Source: Candidatus Wolfebacteria bacterium RIFCSPLOWO2_01_FULL_47_17b (GTDB lineage Bacteria; Patescibacteriota; Minisyncoccia; UBA6257; JAGOQP01). Taken from it: 57,831 nt of DNA. Position 1 is the first letter of the stretch. Each line of letters opens with the position of its first letter. Below, in pieces: positions 8,588-16,123 of this stretch. Under the pieces are notes generated by a model. It saw nothing but the letters and a program-made list of their open reading frames with translations. It did not search any database and was not told where the DNA came from. Location: contig MGIS01000023.1 of NCBI GenBank assembly GCA_001793865.1, positions 1-57,831 of the forward strand, in the 5' to 3' direction. The translations under genes and the position numbers were made by a program.

Positions 8588-9076
8588 TTATTTATTAACT
8601 GGGCGGAATGTAGCCTTTTTTTTATATTTTCTGCTGTTTAACAGCATCCATTGCTCATCCGAGAGTAGCCGCCCTCTGCCGTCTTCCTTAATTTTGTTGA
8701 CAATTTTCTTTTCGTCAGACATTTCAGTTGCTTTTTCGTTTATATGGAAAATCAACTCCTTCCCGTCTTTTATAACCCGTATGATGTAGCCGGATTTTTT
8801 TACGTATTTTATCCTGACTTCAGCTACATTCAACAATTTACAGTACGCGTCGGCTACGGTCTCGTTCCTGATGGTGTCGACTATTTTTTCGTTGCTCAGA
8901 TTTCCGGGTTTCGGATCCTTCATTACAATGTTGAATACCGGTTCAATTTTCATACTAACAGCATTATCATTAAAGCACTCGGAAAAATCTTTAAGCTGAT
9001 CTCTCTGAATTTCTGATACTTTAATCGTACCGGTTACAACGGCGTGCGGAGATTTATATCTATCGTCTGGTTCCAT
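8588..9076 (-). CDS. hypothetical protein (162 aa)
   Basis: Clean ORF with own terminator and an upstream TTGACA box (tgtcaa near 9131). No recognisable motif. Confidence 0.65.
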   Translation of the reverse strand: MEPDDRYKSPHAVVTGTIKVSEIQRDQLKDFSECFNDNAVSMKIEPVFNIVMKDPKPGNLSNEKIVDTIRNETVADAYCKLLNVAEVRIKYVKKSGYIIRVIKDGKELIFHINEKATEMSDEKKIVNKIKEDGRGRLLSDEQWMLLNSRKYKKKATFRPVNK

Positions 9077-9187
9077 TATTCCTCCTACTGTTTATTTAAA
9101 AATAGCTAGCTATATCTTTACATACTATTCATTTTGTGTCAATAAAAATCAGCCCCTGGTTAGGAGAGCTGATTTTGTAAACTTTAA

Positions 9188-9664
9188 TTAAAGCAGATCC
9201 AGATACCATGCTATCGCAACGATGAAGATTGGTATTTTGAGCAGATTGAGCTCTTCCATTCTGCTGCCTGAGTTTCTTGAAACATAAAACGCTGTCAGAC
9301 CACGTTGCTTGTTTAAGCTGATGTCGTACGTGGTCCAGAATAGTATTCCTGACAGGAGCAGGTCCTTCATCGCCTGCAACGGCTCGAAGTCGCTATGTAG
9401 CGCGATACTCACACCAAGGCCGATTGCCGTTACACGCTCCATAAATTGCCAATCGTGCCATGTACGACTGTGATGATCTGAGTACCCGTCCAATCCCCAT
9501 CGCTGATTGTGGTACTCAGCAGTTGAAGATATAAGCGGCAGCGCAAGCGATAATGTCAGATGCGCAACTCTTTCAATAACTTTCCCCTCCTCCTCTTTTT
9601 CCTGTGGGAGAGTTTGAGTGGCCAGGAAAAAGATCAACAATGACGCGCTAATGATCTTTTTCAT
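9188..9664 (-). CDS. hypothetical secreted/membrane protein (158 aa)
   Basis: N-terminal signal-like MKKIISASLLIFFLATQT and hydrophobic C-terminal segments. Confidence 0.65.
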   Translation of the reverse strand: MKKIISASLLIFFLATQTLPQEKEEEGKVIERVAHLTLSLALPLISSTAEYHNQRWGLDGYSDHHSRTWHDWQFMERVTAIGLGVSIALHSDFEPLQAMKDLLLSGILFWTTYDISLNKQRGLTAFYVSRNSGSRMEELNLLKIPIFIVAIAWYLDLL

Positions 9665-9778
9665 GATTCGGACTCCAATTCTATATTTTTTAATTTTGTG
9701 TTCTAGTAAACATTAGACATATATTTTATATAAAGTCAAATTTTTGCGCCAAAAAACCGGTCTGTTTGCGTATCTGTT

Positions 9779-10114
9779 CTATACGGCAAACTGACCGGTG
9801 TAAATATTGTCTTTGTAATAGAGGCGCGCGAAAATTTTTTCCACAAGGCCTGCCGTTAAAGTTTTCTCATCCGTGCCAACTATTATTCTCTGCATGGACT
9901 CGACAACATCATTGAACGCTTCTTCAAGTATGTCTATCGGCTCCTTGCGGCTGGAAACTTCATCCACAAACGTTCTGGTAAATATTGGATCTTTCTGGTC
10001 TTTTTCACCCCATATTTGTACGATCATTGATCGTCTTGTTATTTCAATGTATATATTGTATGGGTTTTTAAAAAGCTTCCCTTTCGCCTCTCCGCTAAAG
10101 CTAATCTTTTCCAT
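9779..10114 (-). CDS. hypothetical protein (111 aa)
   Basis: ORF only, no motif recognised. Confidence 0.55.
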   Translation of the reverse strand: MEKISFSGEAKGKLFKNPYNIYIEITRRSMIVQIWGEKDQKDPIFTRTFVDEVSSRKEPIDILEEAFNDVVESMQRIIVGTDEKTLTAGLVEKIFARLYYKDNIYTGQFAV

Positions 10115-10173
10115 CGCTTCCCTCTTTTATTATTAATATACTGCCCCCTGTATACCAGCCCTCGCTCAAGAAG

Positions 10174-10497
10174 TCAAGCCCCGTTCTCAATATCCCCCGT
10201 CTTCCTCTCTATTTCCGAAATCAGTTCGGTGTCATGCATTTGAGATGCATAAATATGAGCATCGTACAAATTTTCCATCGCTTCCCCAATCATTCCCGCT
10301 TCGGCAAAAATGTCCGCGCTTTCAATAAGTAGCCGGATCGCGCCTTTTTCTTTGCCAAGAATTTCCACCTCTGCTTCCCGCAACAGCCGCCATTCCAAAA
10401 ATAGCTCCTTTGCGCCCTCTGCATTGTTCTTCAAGGCCTCAACGGCCTTGCTCCGCAGATCCTTTTCGCTGTTTTCCGGACTGGACATTTTTTCCAT
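10174..10497 (-). CDS. hypothetical helical protein (107 aa)
   Basis: ORF only, acidic and helix-rich. Confidence 0.55.
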   Translation of the reverse strand: MEKMSSPENSEKDLRSKAVEALKNNAEGAKELFLEWRLLREAEVEILGKEKGAIRLLIESADIFAEAGMIGEAMENLYDAHIYASQMHDTELISEIERKTGDIENGA

Positions 10498-10562
10498 GTT
10501 TTCTATTCAAGCACTATCCGTTCCAAAACGCAATTGCGGGGCCGCATATTTTTTTACAAACC

Positions 10563-10600
10563 CATTCCCCAAAATTCGTTATAGCGAATTTTGGGGAATG
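10563..10600. repeat. perfect 16-bp-stem hairpin
   Basis: cattccccaaaattcg ttatag cgaattttggggaatg. Confidence 0.8.
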
Positions 10601-10660
10601 AAAAGATTTATCCACCAAAGTTTTAACGTAAGAGGAGGATTATTTACCATGAGCCGGTTG

Positions 10661-10735
10661 AATTCACATGCCAGCCAATGACCTGCCTGCGCAGGCAGGG
10701 GCGCTGTTTACCCTGAGTTTATCGAAGGGTTGAAA
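10661..10735. repeat. ~75-nt intergenic repeat, copy 1 (downstream flank of the NYN gene)
   Basis: ...cctgcctgcgcaggcaggggcgctgtttaccctgagtttatcgaagg... is roughly 88% identical by eye to 11446-11520. Contains hairpin cctgcctg cg caggcagg. Confidence 0.85.
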
Positions 10736-10744
10736 CCGCTATTA

Positions 10745-11323
10745 TTAGACAAGTGTCCTATCAAATTCAAACAATTCGGAATTTCGAATAAGGATTGTTT
10801 TGTTTGTAGTAAACGTCATGCCTTTGTTTGGCTGCGCTTCAAAACCAAGATATATACAGCTGATACCCCTGTTCCGAACCTCTTTTATGGCTGGCTGTAA
10901 ATCGGAGTCCGAACTGCCGAGAATAATTTCTTTTACCGTCCCGTCGCACGCCATAGTAACCATATCCACGGCAATGCGCACGTCAACACCTTTTTCCTTA
11001 AAGATTAGACTCTTATGTTTTTCATCAACGTATCCCCTTACTCTGCCGCTCAAAATAACTTCAAATCCTTGCGACTCGAGGCGTGTTTTCAATAACCGCT
11101 GTTCTTCGATAAGTTGTTTGGATTTTTCTTTACTTTCGGTGTGTTCTGTCACACGAGCAAAATAAAATACTTTTTTATCCATCCGCATTCCTGAAAGAAT
11201 CTTATTAAAAAGTCCCAGGAAATCATACGCGTGCCAAATGGGCCTCTTTTTATCAGCTTCATGAAATACACTCTTAATTTTCCCTTTTAAGTTTTCACCG
11301 TCAATTAGAAGAATTCTCTCCAT
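10745..11323 (-). CDS. NYN-domain (LabA-like) predicted RNase
   Basis: 192 aa. LIDGENL..., KGVDVRIAVDM, ILGSSDSDLQPAIKEVRNRG are typical NYN/LabA acidic motifs. Confidence 0.8.
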   Translation of the reverse strand: MERILLIDGENLKGKIKSVFHEADKKRPIWHAYDFLGLFNKILSGMRMDKKVFYFARVTEHTESKEKSKQLIEEQRLLKTRLESQGFEVILSGRVRGYVDEKHKSLIFKEKGVDVRIAVDMVTMACDGTVKEIILGSSDSDLQPAIKEVRNRGISCIYLGFEAQPNKGMTFTTNKTILIRNSELFEFDRTLV

Positions 11324-11350
11324 TTGACCTCATTTTACCACATAAAAACC

Positions 11351-11383
11351 AAAAACCCCAGCGGACCTTTCGGCTGGCTGGGG
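11351..11383 (-). terminator. hairpin plus T-run between an upstream promoter and the NYN start
   Basis: Minus strand ccccagc..gctgggg followed by tttttggttttt. Could be a terminator or attenuator. Confidence 0.45.
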
Positions 11384-11396
11384 CGTGTATGCGTCT

Positions 11397-11425
11397 ATTA
11401 ATACACATATTTTGCCAAAATGCAA
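11397..11425 (-). promoter_or_regulatory. promoter TTGCAT-17-ATTAAT
   Basis: Minus strand ttgcat (11420-11425), 17-nt spacer, attaat (11397-11402). A perfect DnaA box lies 5 nt upstream. Confidence 0.4.
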
Positions 11426-11430
11426 CAATC

Positions 11431-11439
11431 TGTGGATAA
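11431..11439 (-). promoter_or_regulatory. perfect DnaA-box 9-mer TTATCCACA
   Basis: tgtggataa on the plus strand. Same context (atgcaaca..ctgtggataac) as at 32120-32144. Confidence 0.3.
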
Positions 11440-11445
11440 CCATTG

Positions 11446-11520
11446 TCCGCCCAATTGCCTGCCTGCACAGGCAGGGGCGCCGTTTACCCTGAGTTTATCG
11501 AAGGATCGGAACCGCCATTT
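11446..11520. repeat. ~75-nt intergenic repeat, copy 2 (upstream flank of the NYN gene)
   Basis: Direct repeat of 10661-10735. Confidence 0.85.
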
Positions 11521-11528
11521 GTAACCAA

Positions 11529-11562
11529 TAAAAAAAGACCACTGGGCGAACCATGCGGTCTT
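11529..11562 (-). terminator. intrinsic terminator of 11585..11926
   Basis: Minus strand aagaccgc..gtggtctt followed by a T-run. Confidence 0.6.
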
Positions 11563-11584
11563 TTCCGATAATTATTACAAAGAT

Positions 11585-11926
11585 CTATATTTCCTCAATT
11601 TCCTGCTTTTGTTTATATAAAGGAACATAGCCCATGCCCAACGTCAGGTCTTTAAGAGCATCGGTGATCGCCATAGATTGTGATATCCCCTCTCCAACTG
11701 CATATCCGCCTTGGGTTTCCATTCTTACTTTCCATTCACCTCCACCCGCGTAATTTGCCTCAAGTTCTACCTGTTCCGATATAAGATGATCTGCCCGCGC
11801 TGCGTTCTTGGGCAAATCAATGGGGTCATCCGAAATAACGAAGAGTACATGTTTTTTAACTTTCATATCTTCCTCTTTTATTATCAAAGATTCATTTAAG
11901 ACTGGAGTTGTTATATCAGAGCTCAA
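11585..11926 (-). CDS. hypothetical protein (113 aa; possible start MKVKKH at 11866)
   Basis: ORF only. Confidence 0.55.
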   Translation of the reverse strand: MSSDITTPVLNESLIIKEEDMKVKKHVLFVISDDPIDLPKNAARADHLISEQVELEANYAGGGEWKVRMETQGGYAVGEGISQSMAITDALKDLTLGMGYVPLYKQKQEIEEI

Positions 11927-12054
11927 CCAATTTGTCCATCATTGTGAGCGGCTTTTCTATTTATATGAAAACCTCAGTCAACCCAATGGGACAAAGTTGG
12001 AACCGTGGTAATAAAAAGTGCGATTACTTGAGAACCGCACTTAAAACAAATACA

Positions 12055-12558
12055 TCAATTTTTTCTTAACCACCACACAGAAAACACAACGCACGGGACT
12101 CCTGTGATCCATGCCCAGAATTGGAACAGAGCATTATTTGGAAAGACCGATATTCCTTTTGGAACTGTTACATTAACAGAACTCTCTCCACTATCTAAGA
12201 GAGTTTCCCTTAATTTCATAAGCATATTACTTCTTTCTAAGGGAGTTACGTTCGCCGGCAATGAAACCAGTTCCTCGTAAGATTTTTTCAAATTGGAATA
12301 CCAGAACCCTAAGTCTTCACTTGGTGAATTGTAAAGTACAGAAGTATAACCCGATGTTAATCCTTCATGTTGTAGATAATCCAATACGGCTTTTAGTTCT
12401 TGTTTTGCAAGACCAACAGTATTCGCATCCGCGGCTCTTTTTAGCCTATCCTGACAATTAATGTTAAAAACAATATTGTCGTATATTCTTACGCCAGCCC
12501 AAATAACAAAGAGAGTAAGAAATATTAAACTGAGAGAGAACTGCGCTTTCCTTTCCAT
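12055..12558 (-). CDS. hypothetical membrane-anchored protein (167 aa)
   Basis: N-terminal TM LSLIFLTLFVIWAGV and C-terminal TM WAWITGVPCVVFSVWW. Confidence 0.65.
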   Translation of the reverse strand: MERKAQFSLSLIFLTLFVIWAGVRIYDNIVFNINCQDRLKRAADANTVGLAKQELKAVLDYLQHEGLTSGYTSVLYNSPSEDLGFWYSNLKKSYEELVSLPANVTPLERSNMLMKLRETLLDSGESSVNVTVPKGISVFPNNALFQFWAWITGVPCVVFSVWWLRKN

Positions 12559-12652
12559 TTTCTGATTCCTTTTCTTGTTGGAAATGTTTAGCTAAATGGA
12601 ACAAACCTGTTGCTCATTTCATTCGCTCTTTAGAACCCCGCGGTTCTGATAT

Positions 12653-12682
12653 TACGCCAATGTTCTGCAGAACATTGGCGTA
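12653..12682. repeat. 30-bp perfect palindrome, core ccaatgttctgcagaacattgg
   Basis: tacgccaatgttctg|cagaacattggcgta. The same 22-bp core recurs at 26461-26482. Confidence 0.9.
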
Positions 12683-12700
12683 AAAAAACGGAGGGAATAC

Positions 12701-12729
12701 TTGAAATACTGCGTATTTTGGACTATATT
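12701..12729 (+). promoter_or_regulatory. promoter TTGAAA-17-TATATT (probable original tRNA-Lys promoter)
   Basis: ttgaaa 12701-12706, 17-nt spacer, tatatt 12724-12729. The predicted start lies about 10 nt before the tRNA 5' fragment. Confidence 0.6.
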
Positions 12730-12746
12730 TTTGTAGTAACGTATAC

Positions 12747-12790
12747 CCACCCATAGCTCATCCGCCAGCTGGCGGAGGTAGAGCTACTCC
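12747..12790 (+). pseudogene. displaced, decayed 5' half of tRNA-Lys
   Basis: ccaccca ta gctc a[tccgccagctggcgga]ggtagagc t actcc versus functional ccgccca ta gctc agttggtagagc t gctcc. Similarity ends at the anticodon-loop boundary. Confidence 0.65.
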
Positions 12791-12801
12791 GGAGCTGTCA
12801 T

Positions 12802-13053
12802 ATGTTTAAAGTCTATTGCATCTACAATTCCTATCATAAAAAGCTGTATGTGGGGCAAACAAAAGATATCAACGAACGTAAGGAGCTTCATAATAGCCAT
12901 ATTTTTAAAAATTCCTACACGGCACGTTTTGACGGGGAATGGAAGATAATATACTCTGAAACCGTTGAGTCGCGAGAAGCAGCGTTAAGAAGAGAAAAAC
13001 AATTGAAAAGTTTCCGAGGAAGAGAATTCCTGAAAACATTTATCCGCCCATAG
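12802..13053 (+). CDS. GIY-YIG nuclease (small stand-alone URI-domain type)
   Basis: 83 aa. KVYCIY..KKLYVGQT..R..ELHN...E..A..REKQLK. The last codons plus stop (atc cgc cca tag) overlap nt 1-10 of tRNA-Lys. Confidence 0.8.
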   Translation: MFKVYCIYNSYHKKLYVGQTKDINERKELHNSHIFKNSYTARFDGEWKIIYSETVESREAALRREKQLKSFRGREFLKTFIRP

Positions 13054-13116
13054 CTCAGTTGGTAGAGCTGCTCCCTTTTAAGGAGAAGGTCCCAGGTTCG
13101 AGTCCTGGTGGGCGGA
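13044..13116 (+). tRNA. tRNA-Lys(TTT)
   Basis: Acceptor ccgccca/tgggcgg, anticodon loop ctTTTaa, T-arm ccagg ttcgagt cctgg, discriminator a. Confidence 0.9.
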
Positions 13117-13171
13117 CTGAAACAAAGTTGGAACAAAAGGGGCCTTGCATTACACAAGGCTCCTATATTTT

Positions 13172-13801
13172 TTATCCGTCTTCCACCATACATGATCGCT
13201 GAATGACAACATCCAACGATCCAAAAAGAATCGTTTTAGAAAGAAACTCAACGGATTCAGTAATTTTTCCTTTTACACTTCTCTTTTTACTTTCGGCAAG
13301 GAACTCTTTAAAGTCACCTTGCGCGCACACAAGCCCCGGCAGATACCATATTTCCCAGAATCGAGAATCTCTGCCGCGGCGGGATCGTAGACATGCAAAA
13401 CCGAAACTTTCCAATCTTTCCGCGTTTTCTTTGTAATTTTCAGGACTATAATGATATCCACACAAACTTGAGATATAGATGCTCGGAGAAATTAGGTGTC
13501 CAGAAATATCATCAAATTTGATCAGTTCTTTATCTTTAAATAATTCCCTTTGTTTTGCGGAGCTCCAGAATGGGAGCATATCTTCGTCCCGCGTAGGAGA
13601 AGGAAGTGGTTCTCTTCTTGGGTGCACTCGCAGTCGTCTATCATCGCCAGTGGTCACCCAGTTTCCTCCGCTAACAATCATTGCGGTCATATCTTCAAAT
13701 TCCTCTTTTGAAAGGCCTTCAATAGAGAGTCCGTTCCCAAAAGGATCATGAGAAGATTGTGTTGACCCAGAGATGCGTACAATCTTTTTATTTTCCGACA
13801 T
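13172..13801 (-). CDS. hypothetical protein (209 aa)
   Basis: ORF only, no motif recognised. Confidence 0.6.
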   Translation of the reverse strand: MSENKKIVRISGSTQSSHDPFGNGLSIEGLSKEEFEDMTAMIVSGGNWVTTGDDRRLRVHPRREPLPSPTRDEDMLPFWSSAKQRELFKDKELIKFDDISGHLISPSIYISSLCGYHYSPENYKENAERLESFGFACLRSRRGRDSRFWEIWYLPGLVCAQGDFKEFLAESKKRSVKGKITESVEFLSKTILFGSLDVVIQRSCMVEDG

Positions 13802-13950
13802 TTCTCACCTTTTAAATTGTTAATGGGCAGTTATTAGTTATATTTTCCTATATCAGAATGATACATCTCTGTCAATTCCTCAGCGTGAATTACTCGGAAA
13901 CGCCAGGTTTTAATAATTTTTTATTTTGAAATTTTCACTTTCAACTTATA

Positions 13951-15039
13951 TTATTCTCCCAGCTCGTCACGGAGATCCTCAGCGAGTTTCTTTGCCTTGG
14001 AGCTCATCTTTTTTGGCGTTTTGACGTTGAGCTTGATGATCATACTTCCTTTTTTGCCCATTCCCTCTTTGGGGATCACGATGTCATGGCGGATATTGTG
14101 ATGTGCCGGAATGGTAAATGTAATGCTACGGCCGTCCACATGCGTAATAGCAAATTCTTTGCCGAGCAATATGTCTGAAAATTGCACATCCTTTTCTGTC
14201 ACCAGATCGTCCCCAGCCACATCAAAATCCGGATGCTTTTGCACCATCACCCGCACGTACAGATCTCCAGTTGAATTTCCCTCCAGTCCCGCCTCTCCCA
14301 TACCGGTGATTTTAATAATTTGACCGCTCTGCACGCCCGCTTTAATGTCCATGTCCACGGTGCGATCGCCTTTGATTCGTCCGGCGCCTTTGCATACGTG
14401 GCATATTTTTTTGGGAATTTGGCCTTTGCCGCCGCACTTGTCGCATTCGCGGATCTGCACGAATGATCCCATAAAGGTGTTGCGCTGTTGGCGGATCTTG
14501 CCGTTTCCTTTGCATACATCACACGTCGTGGTGCCCGCTGATTTCTCGTGCCCAATGCCTTTGCAGGTTTCGCAGGTCACGAACGTCTTAAAGGATACTT
14601 TTTTCTTCACGCCCTCGTACGCTTCTTTAAGCGTGATGCTGATGTCGGCCTGGATATCCATCCCTCGCTTGCGCCTGCCACCCGTGCGCATGCCTCCGCC
14701 GAAAATATTGCCGAATATGTCGCCGAGATCTTCGCCTGCAAATCCTCCACCGCTGAATATATCGGAAAAATCAAAGCCGCCAAATCCCTGTTGGCCGAAT
14801 CCGAACGGGCCATACTGCCCTCCTTCCGCGCCCGAAAACGTACGACCGAACTGGTCGTACTGCGCGCGCTTCTCTTTGTTTGAGAGCACTTGATACGCCT
14901 CGTTTACTTCCTTGAATTTTTTTTCGTCGCCGCCCAGTTTATCAGGATGGTACTGGTGCGCGAGGCGCCGAAACGCCTTTTTGATATCGTCTTCAGAGGC
15001 GTCTTTGGAGACGCCCAATATTTCATAATAGTCGCGCAT
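13951..15039 (-). CDS. dnaJ: chaperone DnaJ
   Basis: J-domain YYEILGV...HPD, G/F-rich region, four CxxCxGxG zinc motifs. Confidence 0.97.
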   Translation of the reverse strand: MRDYYEILGVSKDASEDDIKKAFRRLAHQYHPDKLGGDEKKFKEVNEAYQVLSNKEKRAQYDQFGRTFSGAEGGQYGPFGFGQQGFGGFDFSDIFSGGGFAGEDLGDIFGNIFGGGMRTGGRRKRGMDIQADISITLKEAYEGVKKKVSFKTFVTCETCKGIGHEKSAGTTTCDVCKGNGKIRQQRNTFMGSFVQIRECDKCGGKGQIPKKICHVCKGAGRIKGDRTVDMDIKAGVQSGQIIKITGMGEAGLEGNSTGDLYVRVMVQKHPDFDVAGDDLVTEKDVQFSDILLGKEFAITHVDGRSITFTIPAHHNIRHDIVIPKEGMGKKGSMIIKLNVKTPKKMSSKAKKLAEDLRDELGE

Positions 15040-15043
15040 ATTT

Positions 15044-16123
15044 TTACAATGTCACAATCTCCTTGGTCGCGTTCTCGTACACTATATGCGCAAACTTGGT
15101 GCGAAGCAATATCTCATACACCAGAAATGCCACCGGAATAAGCACTATTCGTATCACGATGGCCAATGCCTGTATGGAGAGTATGAATAAGATTGCCAGT
15201 ATCAAAAGCGCGGTTGATTTGATGCCCGGGTCCGCCGTATTGAATTTGTACAAGAGCGCGTCGTACAGCGCGTCGGACAGCGGTTTTGTTTCGTCTATCT
15301 CCACGCCGAACATATTATAAAAGCCATTCTGCATTTCGGTCACGTAGGTGTCTATGAGTTGCTGGCGTTGTGCCGGCGGTACGAGGGACGCCTGCGCTTC
15401 TCCCACCTGCTCCACAATCGCCTTGTCCACCTGTTCTTCAGCCGTTTGGCGAAGCGGCTTATTAAAATCGATATCGCCAAGCACATTGCGCAAAGCCGTC
15501 TGCAGAACCGGCACCACTTTCACAAATACCGACTTGGGCAGAAGAAAATTATTCTCATCAAGTTCTTTGCTTGCGAATGTGCCGTAGAGCGTCGCCGCCA
15601 GCAATATCGCTATCGCAAGCACGATCTTGGTGGTTACATTGTTAAGTGAATATACAAACCGTATTTTGATGTGCGTTTGGAGTTCGTTTTTTACCGAAAA
15701 CGCGGTGTACAGGAAGAGCAGCAAGCACAGTGCTATTCCTACCAAGAGCGGAGGGTTTGCCAGGTCGAAAAAATTCACCGCGATGCATGCCCATGAGCCG
15801 ATTGCCATAAGGGCGAGCAGATTCTTCTTGCGTACGAACAACACCGAATGGAAGAAGAATGTCAAAAACACCGCGAATGTAGTAACCAGCGGCACCGCTA
15901 TGGTCGGTAACGAAAGCACGTTCTGGTAGAACGAATAGCTCAAATACTGTCCCAACAAAAATGCCGAACCGAATGTAAGTATAATCAGCACTCCCACCTT
16001 TGCCAGATATATGTTTCGCTTACTCTGTTCGTTTTGCGAACCCGAGTAGTCTATGCTCAACGGCGGTTTTTGAGAGATGTCCATAATTGAGTTATGGGTT
16101 ATGGGTTTTTTCTCACCACTCAC
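15044..16123 (-). CDS. polytopic membrane protein of unknown function embedded in the dnaK operon
   Basis: 359 aa with at least 6 hydrophobic segments. Its start overlaps the dnaK stop by 1 nt (16123); its stop lies 4 nt before the dnaJ start. Confidence 0.75.
   Translation of the reverse strand: MSGEKKPITHNSIMDISQKPPLSIDYSGSQNEQSKRNIYLAKVGVLIILTFGSAFLLGQYLSYSFYQNVLSLPTIAVPLVTTFAVFLTFFFHSVLFVRKKNLLALMAIGSWACIAVNFFDLANPPLLVGIALCLLLFLYTAFSVKNELQTHIKIRFVYSLNNVTTKIVLAIAILLAATLYGTFASKELDENNFLLPKSVFVKVVPVLQTALRNVLGDIDFNKPLRQTAEEQVDKAIVEQVGEAQASLVPPAQRQQLIDTYVTEMQNGFYNMFGVEIDETKPLSDALYDALLYKFNTADPGIKSTALLILAILFILSIQALAIVIRIVLIPVAFLVYEILLRTKFAHIVYENATKEIVTL

Noticed and set aside
12747-13116. Intron-containing or split tRNA-Lys (5' exon 12747-12790 joined to a 3' exon)
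   Set aside because: The downstream gene already has its own complete 5' half. The upstream fragment has an acceptor mismatch to the 3' strand and a 16-nt hairpin in the D-loop. I recognised no group I core elements. This cannot be excluded without RNA data.
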